A stretch of 40,441 bases of DNA from an uncultured Salinisphaerales bacterium (GTDB lineage: Bacteria; Pseudomonadota; Gammaproteobacteria; Nevskiales; CAZYIP01). The translations under genes and the position numbers were made by a program. Numbering within the stretch: the first letter of the stretch is position 1; the number at the start of each line of letters is the position of its first letter. Location of the stretch: the NCBI GenBank assembly GCA_964646895.1, contig CAZYIP010000003.1, positions 1 through 40,441 on the forward strand, written 5' to 3'. Shown here in pieces: positions 20,336 through 29,113 of the stretch. The notes under the pieces were generated by a model. It searched no databases, was not told the DNA's origin, and worked only from the letters and a program-made list of their open reading frames with translations.

Positions 20336-21196
20336 ATGCCAACACTCAGCCAACACATTACAGCCCTGCTATTCGTCCTGTTGCTGACCGCTTTCGCGGT
20401 ACAGGCGTCCGCGAATACGCTGGACGACATTCGCGATCGCGGCACCATTTCGGTCGGTGTTCACACCACCCATGCGCCGTACGGATTCATCGATGCCCAG
20501 GGCAACAACGCCGGCTTCGGTATCGATCTTGCGCGTTATGTCGCACTCAAGCTGCTGGGTTCGGAGGACGCCGTGGACTTCGTGCCCGTGCTGGCGGCCA
20601 ATCGCATCCCCTACCTCAAACAGGGCCGTATCGACGTCATCATCGCCACGTTGTCGGAAACGGAGAAGCGGAAGAAGGTCATCGACTATACCCGCGCATA
20701 CTACGCGTCGGGCGCCTCGGTGCTCACCGCGAAAGACGCGCCCATCCACGACTGGAAGGACCTCAAGGGCAAGAAGGTGTGCGGCCTTCAGGGCGCGTTT
20801 TACAACACCCACTTCTCCGAGATGGGCCTGAACATGATCAATTTCGCCACCACGCCGGAGGCCTACAAGGCGCTGGAAGACCACCGCTGCATCGGCTTCG
20901 CGTTCGATGTGACCCAGCTCGTCGGCAAACTCCGCGAGCCGAAGTGGCAGGAGCACTACCACATGGCAACGCCGCCCATTCTGGTCACGCCGATGGGGAT
21001 CGGAGTACGCAAAGGGGACGACGCACTGCGCAAGGCGCTCGACAGGATCATTCTGCAAATGGAGGCATCGGGCTTCATCTATGCACTGGAGGCAAAATGG
21101 GATATTCCGCATACTCGGTTCGTCATTGAACACTGGCAGAAGGCGCGGCACGAATTGGGCATGAGCCCGGAGCCCGCGGTATCGGTGCCCAAATAG
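20336..21196 (+). CDS. polar amino acid ABC substrate-binding protein (SBP family 3)
   Basis: Signal peptide; PYGF, GFGIDLA, NRIPYLKQGRID, R..VIDYT..YY; GGAGA RBS. Confidence 0.88.
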   Translation: MPTLSQHITALLFVLLLTAFAVQASANTLDDIRDRGTISVGVHTTHAPYGFIDAQGNNAGFGIDLARYVALKLLGSEDAVDFVPVLAANRIPYLKQGRIDVIIATLSETEKRKKVIDYTRAYYASGASVLTAKDAPIHDWKDLKGKKVCGLQGAFYNTHFSEMGLNMINFATTPEAYKALEDHRCIGFAFDVTQLVGKLREPKWQEHYHMATPPILVTPMGIGVRKGDDALRKALDRIILQMEASGFIYALEAKWDIPHTRFVIEHWQKARHELGMSPEPAVSVPK

Positions 21197-21254
21197 AACC
21201 GCACCTGCTCGGATAACATACGCCACGGATCCACGCTACAAAGAACGGCAGATC

Positions 21255-21911
21255 ATGAACACAGACTATTGGCTGGAACGCTGGCGCGAAGGACGCACCG
21301 GCTGGCAACACGATGCGGTCATGCCGCTTCTGACACAGCACTGGCCGGCGCTGGCGGTAGCGCCCGGCACGTGCACGCTGGTGCCTTTCTGCGGCAAGAC
21401 CCTCGACATGATCTGGCTGGCGGAGCAGGGCCACCACGTGCTCGGCGTGGAAATCTCGCCGCTCGCGATCGAACAGTTTTTTGCGGAAAACAAGTTGTCG
21501 GCGGCAAAAAAGCAGACGCCCGACGGCATTCGCCACAGCGCCGGCAATATCGAAATCATTCAGGGTGATCTGTTCGCGGTCCGCGCGGCGACGTTTGCCC
21601 GGTGCGGCGCCGTTTACGATCGCGCTGCCATCATCGCCCAGTCCACGCCCGAGCGGCAGCGATACGCCAGCGTGGTCTACGCCAGCCTTCCCGATGACTG
21701 CCGCGGGCTGATGATCACGCTGGAATATCCGCAAGCGGAAATGGACGGCCCTCCGTTCTCGGTGCAAGAGACCGAGGTACGGCACCTGTTCGCCAGCGAC
21801 TGGCATGTCACGCTCGCCGAGCGGCGTGACATCCTCGCCGGCCAGCCCAATTTTCAGGAAGCCGGTCTGACGTCGCTGCACACCGCGATCTATCAGATGC
21901 GCCGCCGCTGA
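21255..21911 (+). CDS. tpm: thiopurine S-methyltransferase
   Basis: WLERWREGRTGW, LVPFCGKTLDM, GVEIS, YDRAA, GPPFSV. Confidence 0.92.
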   Translation: MNTDYWLERWREGRTGWQHDAVMPLLTQHWPALAVAPGTCTLVPFCGKTLDMIWLAEQGHHVLGVEISPLAIEQFFAENKLSAAKKQTPDGIRHSAGNIEIIQGDLFAVRAATFARCGAVYDRAAIIAQSTPERQRYASVVYASLPDDCRGLMITLEYPQAEMDGPPFSVQETEVRHLFASDWHVTLAERRDILAGQPNFQEAGLTSLHTAIYQMRRR

Positions 21912-21914
21912 CCG

Positions 21915-23126
21915 ATGGCGCGAGGCTCTGCCCGAAATACCGAGATCATCGTTCTGCTCGGGCTGCTTGCCGCCATCGGGCCGCTGTCCATCGACACCTA
22001 TCTGCCGAGCATACCGGCAATCGCGAACGAGTTCGGGGTCCCGTCAGCGCTGGTCGAACAAAGTGTCAGCGCGTACTTTCTGGGCCTTGCGGCCGGGCAG
22101 ATCGTGTGTGGCCCGTTCTCCGACCGCTTCGGGCGCCGACCGATACTGTTCGGTGGACTCGGCCTGTACCTGCTGGCAACACTCGCCTGCGTGCTGGCAC
22201 CAACGGCGGAGGTCCTGATCGCTGCCCGTATCGTGCAGGGCCTGGGTGCCTCGGCGACGCCCGCCGCCGGGCGCGCCGTGATTCGCGATATCTGGTCCGG
22301 CAACCAGGCCGCGCAGGCCATGTCGTTCGTGATGATGGTCATGGCCTTCGCGCCACTGATCGCTCCGCTCATGGGCGGCCAGATCTTCGCCTACCTGGGC
22401 TGGCGCGCGATTTTCTGGCTGATGCTGGGCTTCGGCGCATTGCTCGTCGCCCTCGTCCTGCTGCGCCTGCCGGAGACGAACGGCCCGGAACGACGCGCCG
22501 GCGTCCGTATCGCCGCCTACTTTCGCGCATACGGCCATGTGCTCTCCAACAGCCGTGCCTGGGCGTATCTCCTCACCGGCGGCCTGTCCTACGCGACCAT
22601 GTTTGCGTACATTACCGGCTCGCCTTCCGTGTACATCACGATTTTCGGCGTCAACCCGCAGTACTTTGGCTTCTTTTTCGCCCTCAACGTGATCGGTCTT
22701 ACCCTCGGCAACTGGCTCAACAGCCGCCACGTAACCCGGCTCGGCTACCGCCGCCTGCTCGGCATCGGTACTGCGGTGAGCCTTCTCGGCGTGCTCGCGC
22801 TCCTCGTCTGCTCGCTCACGGCGACGGGCGGGCTGACCGCCGTCGTCATCACGCTCTTCATGGCGGTGGCACCGGTGAGCATGACCGGGGCGAACGCAAT
22901 CGCGGGGCTGCTCAACCTTTTCCCGCGCAATGCCGGCGCGGCCTCGGCACTGTTCGGCGTCTCCCAGTTCGGCTTCGGCGCGATCGCCGGCATTCTCGCC
23001 GGCGCGTTTTACAGCGGCACACCGGTCGCCATGGCCCTGGCGATGATCATCATGGCCGGAGGCGCCTTCCTCGCCTGGCTGTGGCTGCAGCTGCTGCGTA
23101 CCGCCGCGCCGATCGTCGACGCGTAG
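21915..23126 (+). CDS. Bcr/CflA-family drug:H+ antiporter
   Basis: GPLSIDTYLP, SDRFGRRP, RAVIRD, YITGSP, AGAASA; 3 bp after the tpm stop. Confidence 0.9.
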   Translation: MARGSARNTEIIVLLGLLAAIGPLSIDTYLPSIPAIANEFGVPSALVEQSVSAYFLGLAAGQIVCGPFSDRFGRRPILFGGLGLYLLATLACVLAPTAEVLIAARIVQGLGASATPAAGRAVIRDIWSGNQAAQAMSFVMMVMAFAPLIAPLMGGQIFAYLGWRAIFWLMLGFGALLVALVLLRLPETNGPERRAGVRIAAYFRAYGHVLSNSRAWAYLLTGGLSYATMFAYITGSPSVYITIFGVNPQYFGFFFALNVIGLTLGNWLNSRHVTRLGYRRLLGIGTAVSLLGVLALLVCSLTATGGLTAVVITLFMAVAPVSMTGANAIAGLLNLFPRNAGAASALFGVSQFGFGAIAGILAGAFYSGTPVAMALAMIIMAGGAFLAWLWLQLLRTAAPIVDA

Positions 23127-23138
23127 CAGCGCACGGGC

Positions 23139-23228
23139 ATCGCGGCTCGCGCCGCTTGTGTCCCCTCTCCCTGACCCTCTCCCGCAAGCGGGAGGGGACA
23201 AAGTTGTGGGAGCGGCTTCAGCCGCGAT
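23139..23228. repeat. composite REP-like element
   Basis: GTGGGAGCGGCTTCAGCCGCGAT (23206-23228) and an inverted truncated copy ATCGCGGCTCGCGCCGCT (23139-23156) flank a second palindrome TGTCCCCTC...CCCGCAAGCGGG...GAGGGGACA (23159-23200); lies between convergent genes. Confidence 0.75.
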
Positions 23229-23261
23229 CAGCGCGACACGCACTCATCCATCAGGCCCGCG

Positions 23262-24236
23262 TCACTTCAGCCCCAGCGCGTGGGCGACGACTTCGCGCGC
23301 GGCTTTCTTGCCGTCGGCGGTCGTGATGCCGCCGGTCTGGTAGATGCCACTCTGATCGAACCAGCGCTCGAGCAGATCGGGATGCTCGCGAATCAGCTTC
23401 TTGCCGGCGTCCAGATAGTCCATCTTGTCATTCAGGACATAGGCCATCGCTGCGCTTTGTTCCTTGGGCGTCCACTTGTAATTGTCCAGGAACTGTCCGA
23501 CATTCGGGCAATCCCACGCGTACCCGGTGCGCGCCAGCGTGTTGACGATGACCTCGCCCTTGTTCGGCCCCCAGTATTTGGCGCCGCCGGCAAGATAACG
23601 AATGTCGTACATCACGTTCATGGGGTGCGGGGTCCACGCCAGGAAGACGATCGGCTTCTTGTCGCGAATGTGGCGCCCGACCGCAACCATCATCGAGGCC
23701 GTGCTCGACTGGATCAGCTTCCAGTCTCCCAGGCCGGCGTAGTCGTCGTCCATCATGCGCTTGATCGTTGTGTTACCGCCGCTGCCCGCGTCGATACCAT
23801 AGATCTTGCCGCCGAATTCCTCCTTGTGGGCATCGAGGTCCTTGATGCTCTTCACCCCGGCGTCATACACATAGGCGGGCACGCCCAGGGTGTACTTGCC
23901 GCCGCGAAGGTTGGCGCTGACGATATCGATCGTGCCTTCCTGGCCGAACTTGCGAAACAGATCGCGCTGCGACGGCATCCACTGGGCCATGAACGCATCC
24001 AGCTCGCCGCGCGCGAGGCTCTGGTAGACCACCGGTGTGGACGCGGCCGTCATCGTGCTCTGGTAACCGAGCTGCTGCAGCATCCACTGCGCGGTCCTGG
24101 TCTTGACGGTCACCCCCGGCCAGTTGACGTAGCCGAAACGCACGTCCTGGCAATCGTGCTTCTGGTCGGCGGCGAACGCCGTGGCCGAGGCGACGGCCAT
24201 CGCAACGATTGCAATGGTGAGCATTATTCTTCGCAT
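23262..24236 (-). CDS. ChoX/ProX-type quaternary-amine ABC substrate-binding protein
   Basis: Signal peptide; Cys pair (DCQ, DCPN); aromatic-cage Trp motifs WPG, QWMP, LAWTPHPMN; YGIDAGSGGN; GGAGG RBS. Confidence 0.88.
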   Translation of the reverse strand: MRRIMLTIAIVAMAVASATAFAADQKHDCQDVRFGYVNWPGVTVKTRTAQWMLQQLGYQSTMTAASTPVVYQSLARGELDAFMAQWMPSQRDLFRKFGQEGTIDIVSANLRGGKYTLGVPAYVYDAGVKSIKDLDAHKEEFGGKIYGIDAGSGGNTTIKRMMDDDYAGLGDWKLIQSSTASMMVAVGRHIRDKKPIVFLAWTPHPMNVMYDIRYLAGGAKYWGPNKGEVIVNTLARTGYAWDCPNVGQFLDNYKWTPKEQSAAMAYVLNDKMDYLDAGKKLIREHPDLLERWFDQSGIYQTGGITTADGKKAAREVVAHALGLK

Positions 24237-24368
24237 TTGGACAACCTCCGTTTACTGTAAAAAAGACCGCCCCCGCGGCCTGCCGTACTCGCGCACGACA
24301 TCGCCCAGCCTTCCGGGGTCCCGCCCCGGATCCTGCCGAATGGCTGCGTCCAGCCCTGGAGCCAAAGT

Positions 24369-24986
24369 TCAAGGAACCGATGGTGACGTACCGGTCGCCG
24401 GATTTTCGCCCACCACGGCCGGATCAAATGGCGCGCGGCGGAAGATCCTGTGGACCAGTGGTTCGAAATACTCCAGTGGACGCGTGGGGTAGTCCGGATC
24501 GAACGCCGTCTGATCGTAGCGTTCGCAAAAGCGTGCGCAGCTCGCGTACCAGGGATGGTCCCGGAAGCGATCCCGCGCATGCCGATCGGCACCAACGTGG
24601 TGCCCATAGTAGTAGAGCTGGAACGCGCCGTGATGGGCAAGTATCCAGGTAACCTCCGGCCGCACATAGGGCCGGACGATGGCGGCGGCCAGCTGGGAAT
24701 GGTTTGCCGGCGCCAGCTCGTCGCCAATATCGTGTACGAGCGCACCCAGCACCATCTCCTCGTCGGCGCCGTCATCTTCCGCCCGGGTCGCGCTTTGCAG
24801 GGAATGGGTCAGGCGGCTCACGCGGTAACCGCTCAGGGACGACTCGAGCCGGCGCAGCGCCGTCATGATGCGCTCGGGCAACTGCGCGATGTAACCCGCC
24901 TCCAGATCCTCCAGAAAGCGATACTCAGCCTCCGTGCCGTCTTCCATGTGCCTGAAACTGACGGTATCCATCGTCGCAACCTTCAT
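24369..24986 (-). CDS. HD-domain dimetal enzyme, putative mixed-valent diiron oxygenase
   Basis: H...HD...H...HH...D ligand pattern (THSLQSA, VHDIGD, NHSQ, AHHG, YDQ); ATG overlaps the stop of the upstream dioxygenase (ATGA). Alternative start 24971. Confidence 0.85.
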   Translation of the reverse strand: MKVATMDTVSFRHMEDGTEAEYRFLEDLEAGYIAQLPERIMTALRRLESSLSGYRVSRLTHSLQSATRAEDDGADEEMVLGALVHDIGDELAPANHSQLAAAIVRPYVRPEVTWILAHHGAFQLYYYGHHVGADRHARDRFRDHPWYASCARFCERYDQTAFDPDYPTRPLEYFEPLVHRIFRRAPFDPAVVGENPATGTSPSVP

Positions 24987-26107
24987 CCGCTCGTTGCACC
25001 CGTACGTGTCCCGGCCAGGGTGCGATACAGGCTGCGCGGGCCGTCGACATCGATGTAGCAACCCTGCAGATGGCGATGGCCTTCGTTCGGGTCGAAGGCG
25101 GTGCGCCCGTGCAAGACGCGATTGTTGTCGAAGAACATCAATTGGCCGGCCCGCAGCGGAAACCGGATTTCGAAGCGCGGGTCGACGAACAGCTCTCCGA
25201 GACGCCGGCGCGCGCGGTGAAAGCGCTTCAGCGCCTCTCCCTGCAGCAACGGGAGGTAATCGAGGCGCGGGCTGTAGTGCACACCCGTCACCTTGCCGCG
25301 GCCGTCGCGATGGACGATCGGCCGTCGCTTGATGAGTTCGTTGCGCTCATCGACGAAACGAAACCGCACCGGCGTTTCGCACAAAGCGGCGAATCCCGCG
25401 GGATCTTCGCGTTGGAGTCGATCGCAGACGCTCAGGCTGTCGACCAGGGTCGAGAGGCCGCCGGAGGTTTCGTTGACCAGACAGTGCAGCAGCTGGATGC
25501 CGGGCACCGCATCGCGGTAGGGATTGTCCGTGTGCGGTCCCAACGGTATCGAACGATACGCCAGGTCGTTCGAGCGCGGCCGTGAGTAAACCTCGAAGTA
25601 GCGCCCGAAGTTGGTCTCGCGCAGGTGGCCGAATGCTTGCGCCACCTTCAGGATCTCCTGCGGCCGGCACGGCACCTCGCGCAGCACGATGAAGCCGTAG
25701 CGCAAAAACGCCGCTGTTGCCGCGTGCAGCGCCTCACGGGCCTGCAGCGCGGGCCAGTCGAACGTGGTGCGCTGGCGGTCGATGTCAGCCGTCCAGGGTA
25801 CCGGTTCCGGGCAGTGATCGTCCGGATCGAGATCCTGCGCCAGGGAGCGCAGGCTGTAGCGGCCGCTGTAGCCGTCGCTGAAAGTGAGGCCAATGTGGTC
25901 GTCATCGTAGAGACGCGCATCGGTGAGCGTGATTTCCTCGCTCAACTGGTGCGGATCGAACAGGCGCTGCTGCGTATGGGGATCGACGTGGGCTTCGTCC
26001 TGACAGTGCTCGCGCAACCACAGCGCGGGCAATTCAAGCGTATCGATGCCTTGCGAAAACAGCACCCGCGGTGGCGTCGATTCGATCTGAAAGTGCGGCT
26101 GTCGCAT
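24983..26107 (-). CDS. TauD/TfdA-family Fe(II)/2-oxoglutarate dioxygenase, gamma-butyrobetaine hydroxylase/TmpA-like
   Basis: N-terminal GBBH-like domain (LWLREHC...QRL...FSDG); PHTDNPYRD facial triad; FDNNRVLHGRTAF; RHLQGCY. Confidence 0.9.
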   Translation of the reverse strand: MRQPHFQIESTPPRVLFSQGIDTLELPALWLREHCQDEAHVDPHTQQRLFDPHQLSEEITLTDARLYDDDHIGLTFSDGYSGRYSLRSLAQDLDPDDHCPEPVPWTADIDRQRTTFDWPALQAREALHAATAAFLRYGFIVLREVPCRPQEILKVAQAFGHLRETNFGRYFEVYSRPRSNDLAYRSIPLGPHTDNPYRDAVPGIQLLHCLVNETSGGLSTLVDSLSVCDRLQREDPAGFAALCETPVRFRFVDERNELIKRRPIVHRDGRGKVTGVHYSPRLDYLPLLQGEALKRFHRARRRLGELFVDPRFEIRFPLRAGQLMFFDNNRVLHGRTAFDPNEGHRHLQGCYIDVDGPRSLYRTLAGTRTGATSG

Positions 26108-26132
26108 GATAGTGACCTGTACGCGGAGTTCT

Positions 26133-26206
26133 CTCATGATTATGAGCATGGGCTCCGTGCCCGGTAAACAGCGGTTTCGTTGATGGGAAGCATGCAATTT
26201 TCTTAT
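26133..26206. promoter_or_regulatory. putative LysR binding region of the divergent promoter
   Basis: CTCAT-GATT-ATGAG palindrome (26133-26146) and T-N11-A box ATGCAATTTTCTTAT (26192-26206). Confidence 0.45.
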
Positions 26207-27115
26207 GGCACGAGCCGATTGCCGGTGCCATCGATGAAGGCACTGATGGCATTCGAGGCGGTCATGCGACTCGGATCCATGACCGCCGCCGCACGTGAAC
26301 TCGACAGCACCCAGCCGGCGATTTCACAGCGGGTGCGCGCACTGGAAGAGGCGGTGGGCATTCCCCTGTTCGAGCGCCACGGATCCCGGTTGCACGCGAC
26401 CGCCGAGGGCCAGCGATACTATGCGGACATTGCCGATGCCGTACGCGGCGTTTCCGCGGCGACGCGGCGCCTGCAATCGGGTGCGCTGACCCGCCGTCGC
26501 AAACTGACCATCGCGGCGCATTTCGGCATGGCGCATCTGTGGCTGCTGCCACTGCTTTCCAGGCTGGAAGCCGCCTTTCCCGCGACCCGCTTCGAAATCA
26601 TGCCTGTGGACCAGGACGACTCTCCGGAGATGGACGCGGCCGATCTCACGATCCGCTTCGGCCAGTTCGATACGGAATCGCCGGGTACCTGCCCACTGTT
26701 CGCGGAGGTGGTCTATCCGGTGTGCAGTTGCGAGTTCGCCGCGCGTCACGGCCTTGTCGGCACGGTGTCTCCGGAGCACCTGCGACAGCTGCCTCTGCTG
26801 CACATGGATCACCAGGATCCGCGCTGGCTCGACTGGTACCGCTGGTGCGAAATCGCCAATCTGCCACCGCCGGCGGGGCCGCCGCGCTTTGCCTATAACA
26901 ACTACCCGCTGCTGCTCAACGCCGCCACCAACGGCGAGGGGCTCGCACTTGGCTGGGACGCGCTGGTGCGGCCCCTGGTACGCAAGCAAACACTGATCCG
27001 CCTTGCGCCCGTCGTGCGCAGGGACAATCGCGGCTATCTGCTGTGCGCGCGCCACCCGGAACTCGTACTGGTGGCATCGGTCATCCGCTGGTTTCAGCAG
27101 GCCGGAAGCGACTAG
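26192..27115 (+). CDS. LysR regulator, GcvA/choline-sulfate-utilization type
   Basis: [47 protein letters not shown]; true start may lie further downstream (26219-26234). Confidence 0.9.
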   Translation: MQFSYGTSRLPVPSMKALMAFEAVMRLGSMTAAARELDSTQPAISQRVRALEEAVGIPLFERHGSRLHATAEGQRYYADIADAVRGVSAATRRLQSGALTRRRKLTIAAHFGMAHLWLLPLLSRLEAAFPATRFEIMPVDQDDSPEMDAADLTIRFGQFDTESPGTCPLFAEVVYPVCSCEFAARHGLVGTVSPEHLRQLPLLHMDHQDPRWLDWYRWCEIANLPPPAGPPRFAYNNYPLLLNAATNGEGLALGWDALVRPLVRKQTLIRLAPVVRRDNRGYLLCARHPELVLVASVIRWFQQAGSD

Positions 27116-27248
27116 ACCGTACTCATCGCCGGGTTGCGCCTCACGCCTCCTGTCAATTGCAGCGGAGGCAGGCATCCGCGCAAGGCATTACACTGGACGA
27201 CAGGCGTCCTTATCGTGGAGGCAGCCGCGCGCTGCCATGATCGGTCCC

Positions 27249-28256
27249 ATGGCGATGATTCCTCTCTCCATTCTCGACCTGGCTCCCATTACCGAAGGAG
27301 GCTCCGCAGCCGAATCCTTCGCGCACACGGTGGATATCGCCCAGCACGCCGAGCGCTGGGGTTACACGCGCTACTGGATGGCGGAACACCATGGCATGCC
27401 CGGCATCGCCAGTGCCGCTACCTCGGTGCTCATCGGCCATGTGGCCGGTGCGACCACACGCATTCGCGTGGGCGCCGGCGGAATCATGCTGCCCAACCAT
27501 TCGCCGCTGGTCATTGCCGAGCATTTCGGCACACTCGATGCCCTGTATCCCGGACGCATCGATCTGGGACTGGGCCGCGCGCCGGGCTCCGACCAGGTGA
27601 CAGCGCGGGCACTGCGCCGCAATCTGGCCACCGATCCGGACGAATTCCCCCGCGACGTGATGGAGCTGATGGCGTATTTCGAAGGCGAGGGGCCAGTACG
27701 CGCCGTGCCGGGCGAAGGCCGGAACGTCCCGATCTGGATTCTGGGTTCGAGCCTGTTCGGTGCGCAGCTCGCGGCGGCACTGGGCCTGCCTTACGCGTTT
27801 GCCTCGCATTTTGCCCCGGCGCAGATGATGGACGCGCTGGCCATGTACCGCGCGCGCTTCAAGCCCTCGCGCTATCTGGACCGGCCCTGCGCCATGCTGG
27901 GGTTCAACGTGTTTGCCGCTGACACGGACGACGAGGCCCGCTATCTGGCAACCTCATGGCAGCAGTCCTTCATCAACCTGCGCTCGGGCCGCCCCGGCCG
28001 CCTGCCGCCCCCGGTGGAGGGCTATGTCGAATCGCTGCCCCCGCATGGCCGTGAACTGCTCAACCATGTGCTGTCCTGCACCGCGATCGGTTCGCCGGAT
28101 ACGGTGGCCGAGCGTATTCGCGCGTTCATCGACCGCACCGGCGCCGACGAACTCATGCTGACCAGCAACATGTACGACCACGCGGCACGCCGGCATTCCT
28201 ACGAAATCGCCGCGCGACTGATCGGCGCGCCCGGGCAGCCCCGTGGCGACCAGTGA
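27249..28256 (+). CDS. LLM-class flavin-dependent oxidoreductase (luciferase-like, YhbW type)
   Basis: [51 protein letters not shown]. Confidence 0.92.
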   Translation: MAMIPLSILDLAPITEGGSAAESFAHTVDIAQHAERWGYTRYWMAEHHGMPGIASAATSVLIGHVAGATTRIRVGAGGIMLPNHSPLVIAEHFGTLDALYPGRIDLGLGRAPGSDQVTARALRRNLATDPDEFPRDVMELMAYFEGEGPVRAVPGEGRNVPIWILGSSLFGAQLAAALGLPYAFASHFAPAQMMDALAMYRARFKPSRYLDRPCAMLGFNVFAADTDDEARYLATSWQQSFINLRSGRPGRLPPPVEGYVESLPPHGRELLNHVLSCTAIGSPDTVAERIRAFIDRTGADELMLTSNMYDHAARRHSYEIAARLIGAPGQPRGDQ

Positions 28257-28472
28257 AAACGCTACCGCTGCTGCAGGTGCAGCCAGCCGAGCATGGTCCC
28301 GCCGCGACACGAAGGCTACCGCAAGCAGTTGTCCTGCCCGTGTTGCCAGACCCGGACGACATGGTATTGTGCGCCGATATCCGGGCGCCGGGGTGAAGGC
28401 ATGTCCCCGCTGCGTTATGCTGGCCCAACGGGCACATCGTCCGGTGAATGATTGTCGGGAGACCCTGAAGCG

Positions 28473-28916
28473 ATGTCCAGACAACATCCTGCTCCATCCC
28501 AGCGGCGGAAAAACCAGCACGTTTACGACAGGCTGCGCGCCGCCGGCCTGCGCGCCACACGCCAGCGCGTGGCTCTGGGCAGCCTGCTGCTGAACGCCGG
28601 CCCGCGCCATGTCAGCGCCGAGGCGCTGCACCGGGAGGCGGCCGCCAGCGGCGTTGCCGTCTCGCTTGCGACCGTTTACAACACCCTGCACCAGTTCACC
28701 GACGCCGGTCTCTTGCGCGAGGTGGTCGTGCAGCCGGGGCGGTCCTATTTCGATACCAACACCTGTGACCACCACCACTTTTACTACGCGGCCGAAGAGC
28801 GGCTGGAGGACATTCCCGCCGACCAGATTTCCTTCGACGGCCTGCCAACGCCACCGATGGGCCGCGCGATCCGTCGTGTCGACGTGATAATCCACGTCGG
28901 CGAGAGCAACGACTGA
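28473..28916 (+). CDS. Fur-family regulator, Irr-like
   Basis: GLRATRQR, RHVSAE, SLATVYNTLHQF, YFDTN..DHHHFY; lacks the C-terminal CxxC Zn motifs. Confidence 0.88.
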   Translation: MSRQHPAPSQRRKNQHVYDRLRAAGLRATRQRVALGSLLLNAGPRHVSAEALHREAAASGVAVSLATVYNTLHQFTDAGLLREVVVQPGRSYFDTNTCDHHHFYYAAEERLEDIPADQISFDGLPTPPMGRAIRRVDVIIHVGESND

Positions 28917-28959
28917 ACGCTGCCGGCAAGGCGAGCAGACCGCTGACCGGGGGCGTCCC

Positions 28960-28980
28960 AGTTTATAATTATTCCAAACT
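28960..28980. promoter_or_regulatory. ICE-like (Irr) / Fur-family operator
   Basis: AGTTTATAA-TTA-TTCCAAACT; its 17-bp core differs from the ICE consensus TTTRGAAYNRTTCYAAA at one position; AT-rich island in high-GC DNA. Confidence 0.7.
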
Positions 28981-29113
28981 ATTGCGACGCTCCGGCATTG
29001 CTGCTAAGTTAACGCCACGCACCGGATGAAGGTCGCAATCGCCTGCCATCGAAACCCTTGCCGCCAACGCGCCGGGCATCCGACTGGCAGCACCCCACGA
29101 GGAGGAAAACACC

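Noticed and set aside
24369-26107. Assigning gene symbols tmpA/tmpB or phnZ
   Set aside because: The architecture matches but the HD protein lacks the PhnZ/TmpB substrate motifs, so orthology is unsupported
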